From positions 4,216,001 to 4,280,000 of the forward strand of contig OZ176055.1 of the NCBI GenBank assembly GCA_964247055.1: a stretch of 64,000 nt of DNA. Direction: 5' to 3'. Shown piece after piece: positions 1 through 11,041 of this stretch. A program made the translations under genes and the position numbers. The notes under the pieces are model-generated. The model ran no database searches. It worked only from the letters and a program-made list of their open reading frames with translations, and was not told the origin of the DNA. How positions within the stretch are numbered: position 1 is the stretch's first letter; the number at the start of each line of letters is the position of its first letter. The DNA comes from Paragordius varius. Lineage: Eukaryota; Animalia; Nematomorpha.

Positions 1-1738
1 GCACAAAATATCTTGAAGGGCCACATATGACACACCCCTGATTTATATTTTTATGTGCAGTCTCTTAATTATAATTAAAGGTTTTTGAAAAAATTTGTGA
101 GTGAAAAGAGAGTAAACAGGTGTTGGAGTTCAGCCTAAATTACATTGCTTTCAACCCATACTTAAGCCAAAAGCAGCCGTCATAATCAGATTATCTATGA
201 GTATCTTTATAGTGGGCCAGGGTAAAAAATGTAGTTCTTTAAACTATTGTATTTTTGAATAGAGTACTTCGCTGACTTTTATGAAACAAAATTAGAATTC
301 ATGTTGCATATAAAGATAACTCAAAAAAACTTATTTTAGGCACTTGGCAATTTAATATTGGTATAAAATTTATGAATTATAATGGCTAAACTTTACAAAT
401 AAATACATAATAAATACATAATTTTTGGGTTTTCAATAAACTTTGATATTTAATCGTCTAAAATGGCAGATTTTAAAAAATACATAAAACGTTAAAATTT
501 TTTTATGTGGGTTAAAAGATGTAAAAAATTTTAAGAATCAGATTTGTCCAAAAATACTTAGTTTTTGTACACTTGCCTATTATGTGGCAAACCACATTTT
601 TCTGTGTATATCTGATAAAAATCAGATGAGGTCTAATATTGATTTAAACACATCCGCTGATACGTTAATATTAATTATGGATAATTTATTCTTAATCTTA
701 AATAAATTAATTATATTTTAACCGAAATAATTCACGTTTTATGCGCTTACAAAAAATCTAAGCCGCAAAAATTAAGGATAAATTATTTTACCTTTTTTGT
801 ATTTTTTGAATAATTTTTTGGAGTTTCGGAAAACGATGTCTTTAAAATAGCCATTTTCATGGACATTATGACACTTCATTACTAGTTAGTTAAATTTTAA
901 AATATATCATTCAAAACATATTCGATATTGGATCATTTTTAAACTTTGCATTATGTGACCTTTAAACTCACCATTGCACCTTTTTTACGCCAAACATTTA
1001 GTAAGCTTACGGGAATTAAAACTTGGACATTAAAATATGTTATAATTAATATATAAATATTTAGACTAGCAGTTAAAATTAAAATATCGGAAATCATGTT
1101 TTAATCATATTTCGTCTGAATTTCCGGCTTTAAACATTAAAATATTTTAACCTCGTTTAGAAAAATATAAAAAACCTCCAATAATTTGAATGATTTTAGA
1201 ACAATAAAGAAAGATACATTATTTCCCGGCAAAGATAAATTTGTTACTTTTGCCAGTAGCACTTTAAAATCACCCATATATTCTAATTCCTATAAAACAC
1301 TTCAAAACAGGTAATATTTTGAATACGCCTGACCATTTCCAGCTCACACAGAAAAATTTCAAATTTACCCTCATTTTAAGTCATCCTAACATTTCAATCA
1401 TCATGAAAATAGAGACCTGATTTTCTGGGCCAAGCAACATTATACTGATTAATTTTGGTCTCGATTTCGGTTTTACCTGTTTCTTAAAAATAATTTTTGG
1501 GTGATTCAAAGTATTTGTGGGTGAATTTGGTATGTTCATGTGTAAATTTGATTTAACGGATTTAAAGTATCTATGTAATTATAAAAATAAACAAATGATT
1601 ATAGATACTAAAAAAATTGACTTTGTCTCGCCAAAGTAACTTATTGATAAATATTTGGTATTTGTTAATCATATTTTCTATTTTTCTATTTAAATTACTT
1701 TTTTTTGGGTAAATGTCTTGTCATTAAATATTTCAAAT

Positions 1739-2157
1739 AAAATACTAAAACACACTTGAAATATGAAAGCGAATATTTAATATCAACTATAAATTAACCC
1801 AGAAGCACATATTTTTAGGTTAATTAGAAATCAAGGATGAATTTAAAATTTAAGTTTTTTAAATAGCTTAGTGGCGAGTTTAATATGTTCCAGTATGGAC
1901 GTGAATGTTCCAGGTTTAACTATGCTCAAGGGTAAATTTAAGTAAATAATTATATAAGGTGACGTTAATCTCTGCAGTCATATAAAGCGTACGAGATAAA
2001 TCGCTTCCTTCTTGTTAATATGATCGAATGTTACGGTTTTTTGATTTCCTAAGACTTGATTTATGGGTATATTTAATAGCTTATTTTAATTATGATTGAG
2101 CTAAAATCAAAAGCCAACCAAAAAAGGTAATTACGCCGTGTTAAACATAAATACATG
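1739..2157 (+). repeat. 419-bp direct repeat, copy A, immediately upstream of the 5' LTR
   Basis: Matches 6742-7160 at a constant offset of 5003; I saw 2 substitutions (tttttAggtt/tttttGggtt, gtggcGag/gtggcTag). Confidence 0.95.
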
Positions 2158-2451
2158 TGTTATGCAAATCTGAAAGATATACTTTATTTTTATAATATTT
2201 TTATGTGTTATATGCAAATGTGAAATACATACTTTGGTTATATATCATAACTTTTACCGTTATTTGAATTGTATTATTTTTTATATTTTTTGTGTTATAT
2301 GTAAATATATAACCTTTGTTACTTGAAATTTTATTGATATAATGCAAATCATGGACAGTTAAAATTGCTATATATACACCTTAAAAAACCAAATAAACAA
2401 TTCAGTTCATTTCACATTTCTTTTATTATCTCTTTATCTTAAAAGATAACA
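2158..2451 (+). repeat. 5' LTR (294 bp)
   Basis: Begins TGTTAT and ends ATAACA (6-bp terminal inverted repeat); 1 mismatch seen against the 3' LTR. Confidence 0.95.
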
Positions 2452-2452
2452 T

Positions 2453-2460
2453 TGGTGGCA
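2453..2460 (+). promoter_or_regulatory. Primer-binding site of the gypsy element (TGGTGGCA, compatible with a tRNA-Leu 3' end)
   Basis: TGG-initiated motif 1 nt after the LTR end; tRNA identity is inferred from only 8 nt. Confidence 0.7.
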
Positions 2461-2517
2461 ATTCGAGTACCGAACTAAGCTAGTGCTAGTGGAGGTCTTA
2501 CTGATACCCAATCGAAC

Positions 2518-5500
2518 ATGACAACGCCAATCAATCTCGCTAACCTATGCATCGAAAAATATAATGATAATATTAAGTTTGAGGAATACGTTGAGTATAT
2601 GACAAATGTTATGGAGGCAAAAGATATCCCTGTAACAGAACAAGCCCTCAAAACAACCTTGTTTGCGTATGGAGGTCTAATGGTGGTACGCAAAATCAAC
2701 CAACGACTCTATCCGAAAAAGATAAAAGATGCAGACTGGACCGAGATAATGGCAACGGGTTTAAAGGTATTCAATCCCACAAAGTCGAAATTCCAAAGCA
2801 GATTTGAGTTTTTTCGACTTGTGCGGAACAACACCGAATCGTTTACCCAATTTCTAGAACGGGTAAAAATCGCAGCCGAAGAGGCAAAATTTAAGGATTC
2901 AATAGAGGAACGGATTCGGGATGCCTTCGTCATTGGGTTACGGCAACCACAATTGGAAATTGACATACATTCAAGGTATCCCGATGCCGAGATCAACGGA
3001 CAACCCGTGCCTCTAGAAACGATAGTGGATCTCGCACTAGCACACGAGGCTGCCAGGGCTGGCCTTCATAACAATAATAATAATACTAATTATAACAATG
3101 GTAATAATTTAAATCGATTACAACACACCAATAATAATAACAAGGCCATGCGTTCACGACAGCCAACAGCAAAACCCCTAACACATTCGTGCAATCGTTG
3201 TGGTAATAGCCATGGACCAAACAAATGTCCTGCCTGGAACCGCAATTGCAATAAATGTGGAAAACCTCATCACTTCGCAAAAATGTGTAGATCAAAAAAC
3301 ACTGCCAAAAATTTGTTCAACCGCCAGATCCATAGAAAAGCAATGCCAACCTCACCATGGACCGTAAAAATAATGATAAACAACACCGAACAAACGTTTA
3401 TCTATGATACTGGAGCTGACATCAGTGTTATCAGCTTTAACACCTGGAAACAAGTTGGCAAGCCAAATATTAGACCCATACCGCCAGTAAAAGCCTACAA
3501 TAATAGCATAGTACCTCTACTGGGCGTAACAACAGTCACAGTGCAAATCAATGGGCAAAACCTGGGGAACGCAGAATGTGTATTGAAAGAAAAAATGTCA
3601 AAGGCACCGCTTATTTGTGGCTTGGATTGGATCACGAGATTTAACATCGACATTCCTAAAGTACGAATTAACTTTCTTAAACTTGATAAAATTATTGAAA
3701 ATTTCCCTAATCTATTTAAAGAGGAATTAGGTTGTTACATAGAGCCAGTTACAATTCATATAGCACCCAATGCCTCACCCAAAGTTTGGCCTTGCCGCCG
3801 AGTACCGTTTCCCCTAAGAGCAAAAGTTGAAAATGAATTACTAAGATTACAAAAGTTAGACATTCTGGAGCCTATAGATCCCAACCTTACACCTCTGACA
3901 TGGGCCACGCCCACCGTTAATGTGCTCAAAGCGAATGGAGAGGTAAGAATTTGCAGCGATTTCAGAGTTACCATCAACAAGTGGCTCACTGAGGACTCTC
4001 ATATCATTCCAACGTTTGATGATTTAGTGAGTAAGATTGGCGAAGGCCAAGTTTTCACTAAGATTGACTTGAAAGATGCCTATCTACAAATGCCCATAAC
4101 CAAAGATTCACAAGATCTCTTGACAATTGCGACTCACAAAGGATTTTTTCGCTACAAAAGGATGCCTTTCGGACTGTCAACAGCACCAATAATTTTCCAA
4201 CGAGTCATGGACCAGGTTATAAAAGATTGTCCCGGCACTTGTGCATATTTAGATGATGTTTTAGTAACTGGCAAATCTGAAGAGGAACATTTAATAAATC
4301 TTAATAATGTTTTAAATCGGTTAGAATTAGCAGGTTTTAGATTAAGAAAAGATAAAATAAAAATTGGTGAACCTTCAGTAAGTTATCTGGGATTTGAAAT
4401 AAGTAATAAAGGTATAAGTCCTTGCAAGAATAAAGTAAAAGCAATCAATGATTTTAAAAAACCTGTGGATAAAAAATCTTTAAGAAGTTTTCTAGGATTT
4501 TTGACATTTCATGAAAGATTTATACCCAAGCTTCAATTGATTGTAAGTGACTTACATAGTTTAACAAGTAAGAACGTCAGATGGAACTGGTCGGAAAAAC
4601 ATGAGAATTGTTGGAAAGCCGCTAAGGAATTATTAAGTGAACAAGTATTTTTAACACCATACAATCCGGATAGAAAGTTAGTAATTGAAACCGATGCCTC
4701 AGATATAGGGTTTGGATGTATTTTAAGTCATGTTGTAAATGGTGAAAGGAAACCCATTGCCTATGGTTCAAGAAAATGTAGTACCGCAGAATCGAACTAC
4801 TCCACGATAGAAAAGGAATTAAAGGCTATTGTTTTTGCATTAGAAAAGTTCCACAACTTCATTTATGGTAGAAAGTTTGAAATTTTGACATACCACTTAC
4901 CACTTGTTAGGTTAATAAATAGGGATAGAAATTTGAAAGAAATTCAAAATGCGAAAGTTTTAAGATGGGTGAACCGTTTGAATGATTATGACTTTGAACT
5001 TAGTTATCAGGCGGGTCCCAAAAATAGAGCTGATTACTTATCAAGATGTCCCAGTGATGATAATGTCGACACAATCGATAGAGATTACATGGTAACTAGA
5101 TATCTTAGGTTTCTTAATTGCCATAACGTTCAGTTAAGTCGCGATGAAATTCGGAGAGAAACGGTTAAAGATAAAATTTTGCAGAAAGTAATTAAGGCGA
5201 TTCATAACCAAGATTGGAGTGATGTTGAGTTGGCTGGGTTTACGAATCGGAAGGGAGAGATTTCGTACCAATACGGATTGCTCAGTTTAAACGATCGAAT
5301 TATCATTCCAGAAAGCTTACAGTCAAATGTGGTCAACTACTTACACAGCGGGCACAATAATGTAGAAACAATGAAAGCAATGGCAAGGTTTACCTGTTTT
5401 TGGCCTAATTTAGAGAACGATTTGGTAAGAAGATACAGTGAGTGTAGTTCATGTCAAGTAAACAAACCAAGCCTAGGTGAAAATCCGACTTATCAATGGG

Positions 5501-5982
5501 ACCCAAATGCTACGATATGGGAGCGGTTACACATCGATATACCGGGACCAGTTGACGGGTATTATTGGTTGTTATTGATTGATAGCTCATCAAAATGGTC
5601 GGAAGGGTTCATGTTAAAACGGGTTTATTCGGTAAACATATTGCATAAACTCGAGGAAACCTTTGCCAGGTTTGGGTTTCCGAGGACGGTTATTAGTGAT
5701 AATGCTTCTTATTTTAGTAATTCGTACTTCACATCCACTCTAACAAACTTGGGTATTAAACACGTGAGGGTAACCCCCTATCATTCTAAAAGTAATGGGA
5801 TGGTAGAAAGGTTAGTGGGGACCCTCAAGGGCAAGTATAGAAAAATCAAAAATGATAATATTTCACCACAAGAAGCCTTCAATACCACTCTATGGTCGTA
5901 TCGTAATTCAATACATGCGACTACAAAAGAAACCCCGTTTCAACTACTCTTCAAACGAGTATCTCAAACACCCCTCACCTGA
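2518..5982 (+). CDS. Gag-Pol polyprotein: CCHC-type knuckles, aspartyl protease, RT, RNase H, integrase core
   Basis: Motifs CNKCGKPHHFAKMC, YDTGAD, YLDDVLV, ETDASD/EKELKAI, HSGH...CSSC, HIDIPGP/SDNASYF/NGMVERL. Confidence 0.97.
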   Translation: MTTPINLANLCIEKYNDNIKFEEYVEYMTNVMEAKDIPVTEQALKTTLFAYGGLMVVRKINQRLYPKKIKDADWTEIMATGLKVFNPTKSKFQSRFEFFRLVRNNTESFTQFLERVKIAAEEAKFKDSIEERIRDAFVIGLRQPQLEIDIHSRYPDAEINGQPVPLETIVDLALAHEAARAGLHNNNNNTNYNNGNNLNRLQHTNNNNKAMRSRQPTAKPLTHSCNRCGNSHGPNKCPAWNRNCNKCGKPHHFAKMCRSKNTAKNLFNRQIHRKAMPTSPWTVKIMINNTEQTFIYDTGADISVISFNTWKQVGKPNIRPIPPVKAYNNSIVPLLGVTTVTVQINGQNLGNAECVLKEKMSKAPLICGLDWITRFNIDIPKVRINFLKLDKIIENFPNLFKEELGCYIEPVTIHIAPNASPKVWPCRRVPFPLRAKVENELLRLQKLDILEPIDPNLTPLTWATPTVNVLKANGEVRICSDFRVTINKWLTEDSHIIPTFDDLVSKIGEGQVFTKIDLKDAYLQMPITKDSQDLLTIATHKGFFRYKRMPFGLSTAPIIFQRVMDQVIKDCPGTCAYLDDVLVTGKSEEEHLINLNNVLNRLELAGFRLRKDKIKIGEPSVSYLGFEISNKGISPCKNKVKAINDFKKPVDKKSLRSFLGFLTFHERFIPKLQLIVSDLHSLTSKNVRWNWSEKHENCWKAAKELLSEQVFLTPYNPDRKLVIETDASDIGFGCILSHVVNGERKPIAYGSRKCSTAESNYSTIEKELKAIVFALEKFHNFIYGRKFEILTYHLPLVRLINRDRNLKEIQNAKVLRWVNRLNDYDFELSYQAGPKNRADYLSRCPSDDNVDTIDRDYMVTRYLRFLNCHNVQLSRDEIRRETVKDKILQKVIKAIHNQDWSDVELAGFTNRKGEISYQYGLLSLNDRIIIPESLQSNVVNYLHSGHNNVETMKAMARFTCFWPNLENDLVRRYSECSSCQVNKPSLGENPTYQWDPNATIWERLHIDIPGPVDGYYWLLLIDSSSKWSEGFMLKRVYSVNILHKLEETFARFGFPRTVISDNASYFSNSYFTSTLTNLGIKHVRVTPYHSKSNGMVERLVGTLKGKYRKIKNDNISPQEAFNTTLWSYRNSIHATTKETPFQLLFKRVSQTPLT

Positions 5983-6444
5983 ATCAACACAAAAGCAACA
6001 ATCTTAGACGCACCCCGTCCACGCCGTGAATTCTCAATAAACCAACCCGTAATGATGAGAAACGAACAAAATTTTGGATGGCGAGCCGGCGATGTTGTTG
6101 ATAGAACGGGTCTCCTTTCATACAGTGTGTGGGATCAGGTAAACCAGAAGATTGTCAGAAAGCATGCAGATCAGTTGAAACACGTAGACCTACCGGCCAA
6201 CTCACCCGCACCGGTTACTCCAAACAATAGTAATGATAGTAATATAGACAATAACAATAATAATAATGGTAGTAGTATTGATAATAATAACAATAGTAAT
6301 AACAATAATAATGATAAAATAAATGATAATAATAATGAAAGTAGCAATGATAACATTAATAACAATAATGACAATATCAATGCAAATCCGCACGAGCGTC
6401 GTTACCCCGAGAGAATTCGGCGGAAGCCGGTCCGGTTCTCTTAA
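5983..6444 (+). pseudogene. Integrase C-terminal (SH3-like) segment plus Asn-rich tail, in frame with gag-pol but behind a TGA stop
   Basis: ORF 6052 is in the same frame as 2518; motif W-R-A-G-D-V...SY-S-V...RKHADQL is typical of gypsy integrase C-termini; (AAT)n-rich sequence at about 6225-6375. Confidence 0.85.
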
Positions 6445-6455
6445 GGGGGAAGTGA
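6443..6455 (+). promoter_or_regulatory. Polypurine tract AAGGGGGAAGTGA
   Basis: Purine-rich run directly 5' of the 3' LTR. Confidence 0.9.
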
Positions 6456-6742
6456 TGTTATGCAAATCTGAAAGATATACTTTATTTTTATAATATTTTT
6501 ATGTGTTATATGCAAATGTGAAATACATACTTTGGTTATATATCATAACTTTTACCGTTTTTTGAATTGTATTATTTTTTATATTTTTTGTGTTATATGT
6601 AAATATATAACCTTTGTTACTTGAAATTTTATTGATATAATGCAAATCATGGACAGTTAAAATTGCTATATATACACCTTAAAAAACCAAATAAACAATT
6701 CAGTTCATTTCACATTTCTTTTATTATCTCTTTATCTTAAAA
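6456..6742 (+). repeat. 3' LTR lacking its terminal 7 nt (GATAACA)
   Basis: Matches the 5' LTR up to ...TATCTTAAAA, then runs into repeat copy B through an A-run. Confidence 0.93.
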
Positions 6743-7160
6743 AAATACTAAAACACACTTGAAATATGAAAGCGAATATTTAATATCAACTATAAATTAA
6801 CCCAGAAGCACATATTTTTGGGTTAATTAGAAATCAAGGATGAATTTAAAATTTAAGTTTTTTAAATAGCTTAGTGGCTAGTTTAATATGTTCCAGTATG
6901 GACGTGAATGTTCCAGGTTTAACTATGCTCAAGGGTAAATTTAAGTAAATAATTATATAAGGTGACGTTAATCTCTGCAGTCATATAAAGCGTACGAGAT
7001 AAATCGCTTCCTTCTTGTTAATATGATCGAATGTTACGGTTTTTTGATTTCCTAAGACTTGATTTATGGGTATATTTAATAGCTTATTTTAATTATGATT
7101 GAGCTAAAATCAAAAGCCAACCAAAAAAGGTAATTACGCCGTGTTAAACATAAATACATG
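6742..7160 (+). repeat. 419-bp direct repeat, copy B, immediately downstream of the 3' LTR
   Basis: Matches 1739-2157. Confidence 0.95.
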
Positions 7161-7307
7161 TAAAATAATTAAAAATTATTGATCGAAACTTACTATTTTA
7201 AATTTTAATATTATTATATAGAATCTTTAATACTATATAGGTTTAACAATCATTATAAAATTGATTGTATAACATTACTAACACAATTACTTTCTAAATA
7301 TTAAAAA

Positions 7308-8465
7308 ATGCAACGCAAATATTCTGTTGCTTTAAAAAATAATACCAAAAAACAAAAATTATCGCAAACCAAAGCATCCAAAGTAAAGAAGGCAAAACGA
7401 AAAAGTCAACAAACTTCTATCAAGAAAAAGGAGCATAAAAACCGAAAAATGAAATTGCAAAATAAAAATGTTAAGAAAAAAAGCTTGAATAAACCCATGA
7501 GTGTACAAAAACCAAAAACATCGTCAAAAAATAAAACTAAAACTAGAGTTTCCACCACCAAAGGTACAAAAAGAAAAGCAAAAACTCCCAAACAGAAAAC
7601 TAAAATTTTGCACAAAAACAAATCTAAAAAACCCGAAGCGCGTCAATCTTTTCGTAAAAACAAAGCTCCCAAAGTTGATTGCACAAAATATGGAATAGTT
7701 AAAAAGAATAAGAAAGTAAAGAAAGTTGCCAATAAACGTGTAACCAAAGCTAAGAAAAACGTTAAACGCATTAAAACAATAGAAATGGTTGATGATGTAC
7801 CTTTGGAAATTAGAACATCAAACATAAACTTAAGTAATGTATGTCACAATAAGGCGATCTCAGATAGAAAGATTGAGAAAATAGATGGTCATAACATTAA
7901 TGAACCCATTAGTATAATTGATGAGGATATTGAAGACAGTGCCATTCAAATCGTGCAAGAAGCGGCTATATTGGCTAAACAAGAAATGCTGGAAAAGGAT
8001 GAAACCCCAAGAAGTGAAACCAATTGTCTCCACAGTAGAAGCGAGGTCAGACAATCGATTGCCGATCGATTGCCAGCTTATTACACCCATAGAGTTATTA
8101 GCGGGAAACGGGCGTCCTATCGTTCGTGCGTATGGCGAACTCGGTCGGCAGATTCCCGAAAATCATCGCCAATGCCAAGAATGAAAAAGTTAAATATCTT
8201 GTGTTCAAAGTAAGACCTATCTTTTACACTTATAAACTTATTTTACAATATAATATTTTTTCAAACCATTTATTGCAGATGTAAATGTTCCTACTTTGGC
8301 AATTCTGATTCAAGCGATGATCTCCCGTATATTAGAAGGAGAAGAGGTAGAATTTTCACAGAGCCCGTACCTATCTGTCCATTGCCCGGCCAGGAAAACA
8401 GTCATAATCTGCCAGACATAATGGGTTCCAATTGCTTGGCTCCCATATTCTCCTCCCATTTTTAA
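7308..8465 (+). CDS. Lysine-rich basic protein of unknown function, 2 exons (7308-8209, 8279-8465), about 362 aa
   Basis: 300-codon ORF ends at donor AA|GTAAGA; acceptor TTGCAG at 8278 restores an open frame (CKCSYFGN...RRRRGR...SSHF*). The N-terminal half is H1-tail-like in K/R content; no family recognised. Confidence 0.65.
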
Positions 8466-9959
8466 TGTAATATTCATAATTGCCAAAAATACACTTGTTA
8501 GCTTTATTAAGGTTCTTATGATAAAATTCAATAGTTGCTTAGTTAAATATATTTTAAACATATATTTTTGAAATATAGCGTTACATTTATTTAAAACATT
8601 TTTATTTAGATCTCAAACCCAATCAATCAAAATATTAGATCATACAACATCTTAATTCAATTATCATGTATCGTCTCATAAACTTTTATTTGAGAATGCA
8701 TTGCAAAATGTCTCTTAGTTTAACGTTATATACCACAAGGCCCTATAAGGAATTTAGCTCGCTATTGAAATCTCAAAACACTTTCAAATAGCTGAATTAA
8801 TATCGTCATTTCAATGTATTTCTTAACCAAAATACAATAAAAACGGTCAACTAAACCCTGACAAAAAAATCATTTATTAAAATAATCGAATCCTGAAAAT
8901 ATTTGGTAGAGTTACTGATAAATGTATTCCTTGGAGATGACAAAAACAGTTTACTACTAATAGTCGAAATAGCATTCGCATCAGCTTAAACAATAAATTG
9001 AAGATATATCATCCCGTTATTCACCACTATTCAAAGAAATCAAAAAGTATAAAATTTAAACAATCACAATTATAAAAATTGGTAGATTTAGTAAATAAAA
9101 GTTATCACTTAATGAAATTTGGTTAATTGTTACACCATTGAATATACAAAAGAATAATAACATCCGTGAAATTGAATGTTTAGGAAATGCAATTAATATA
9201 GTAATATCCCTATTGTAAACTGAAAGGAATGTTTAAACAGAAAAAAACTTTGGATAATTTAAACATCTCACAACTAAAATCTTCTATCATACATCAATAG
9301 TTGTACCCAAAAAAAACATTAAAAGCGTCTGAACCCAATTTCAAAGAAGCCTTTAATAATATCTTTTATCTGCTGAATCTGAAACCTATTACAGTGGGTT
9401 TTTTACCCGACACATGTTATTGATTAGAAGCGTATCAAGCTGCCTAAAACAATCCTTCATTGTTTTTTCATATAATTGCATACTTATATATATTACATAT
9501 ATATGTTCAAAAACAAAAATAAATATAAAAAACATTTGGTTTTCTATATATTTATAAAAATGGAAATTTGTGATCTGTTTCCGAAAAACCGGTAGACCCA
9601 TTCAAATCCAAATGTCGACAAAATATAATCATTATGAATGCCCCGACAATCACTTCACCCTTTTTGTGAATTAGGCCCCCAGTTCAGGACCACCCCGTGT
9701 ATAAAACGGTTTTTTGAGAACACAAGTCTACAAAAATCGTTTGAGACAATCCGGAAAATGTGGTGGACCGTTCGATTTCATATATGTTTTTTTTACTTTT
9801 TTTCGATTGCGCCGAACATAGTCGGCTCGCTTATCAAATTTAGGCCCTCTTTTTACCCGCTCCTCCCGTAAAATGCCATTTTTTCCAAAATATTTAGTCT
9901 ACAAAAATAATTTTTTGAATCTATTTTCCGCACCAGGTATGAGATCGTAAAACTTCAAT

Positions 9960-10900
9960 GAGGATTCCAGGTATTCCCTGTTAAAAGGCAAAAATTTTAG
10001 TCGTGGTTTTTTATATTAGCTGCAAAGTAAGGAGATACCCGCTAAAAACTGGCCCGTCATATCGAAATAGCGTGTCTTTGGGGCTAAATTTCAGAAAACC
10101 TATCATGCCATATGATTTTAGTAGGTGCATAAAATATTACCCGTAACAAGACAAAAATTTAGGTCGTGCGGTTTTTTAAAATTAATAGCGTTAGGCCCTT
10201 CAAGCCCTGAAAAATGCGCTACCATAGAACAATTTTTTTGAAGCAATTTTTCAAGAAATAGGAGCATATGGAATTCATGATAATTCCAGATATTCCCCAT
10301 ATAAAGGTAAAAATTTTGCCCAACGCTTTTTTATGCGTGCCCCTGGGGAAGGATTTACCCGCTAAAAACTGAGCCAATAAAAAGAAATTGCTTTGTTTTT
10401 AAAACTTCCAGAGAATTTATGAAGCCATATGAACTCATTAAAGGCTTAAAATATTACCCGTAACTAGATAAAAAGTGAGGCGTTTTTTAGCCGTTAATTT
10501 GGGGTCTTTGCACTTAAAATACGCCATCATATAACGATTAATTAGTGTTGAGGTAATATTTAGAATAACCCATGAGACGATGGTATCAAAAATGAGTATT
10601 TGCCCTTTAAAGGCAAAAAAATTAACTCAGTGCCTTTTCAATATAGTTTCATGGGTAGGGGTGTACCGGTTTAAAACTGAGACGTCATACAAAAATGGCG
10701 TGTTTTGAAGCTATTTTTAAAATACTTAAGAAGCCATACGAGTAAAGGCTTTAATTAACACCCATAAAACGGTGAAAATTATAGTGTAGCGGTTTTTTCC
10801 GTTGGCCGTCTTGGGACCTTCACACCAGTAAAGAATATAATCTGAATGTACAGTTTTAAGAATTCTATGTAGCACCCTTTGGAAACTTCTATGAGACCAT
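9960..10900. repeat. Diverged tandem array of about 3 units of roughly 315-320 bp, upstream of the Helitron relic
   Basis: Recurring anchors AAAGG(C/T)AAAAA (~9983, 10303, 10610), TACC(C/G)G(C/T)T(A/T)AAAACT (~10035, 10357, 10664) and GCCATA(T/C)GA. Confidence 0.6.
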
Positions 10901-11041
10901 AACTATTATTCGAAATAATCCACATATATGGATCACAATTTTATTGATCCCTTTTTTTCAAATAGCGGCTTCGCAGGCTCCAACTTACACTATCATGTTT
11001 ACCAGGGTAAAATTTATTTAGCAATTTTAATTTAATACGAC

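Larger units (their letters stand above)
2158..6742 (+). mobile_element. Ty3/gypsy LTR retrotransposon, young, near full-length
   Basis: Paired LTRs, PBS, PPT and a single gag-pol ORF with domain order PR-RT-RH-IN. Confidence 0.97.

Noticed and set aside
100-1500. Exon-like stretches (120-223 on +; BTB-like INVSADVFKSILDLI at about 625-700 on -; AHTEKFQIYPHF at about 1340-1380)
   Set aside because: No consistent in-phase splice model; in-frame stops; resemblance too weak.
2475-7825. Antisense or shifted ORFs over the gypsy element and Lys-rich gene (2475-2699, 2709-2996, 6171-6380, 6202-6465, 7406-7621 and others)
   Set aside because: They are shadows of real ORFs or of (AAT)n and A-rich sequence; the poly-Leu/Ile products come from the repeat complement.
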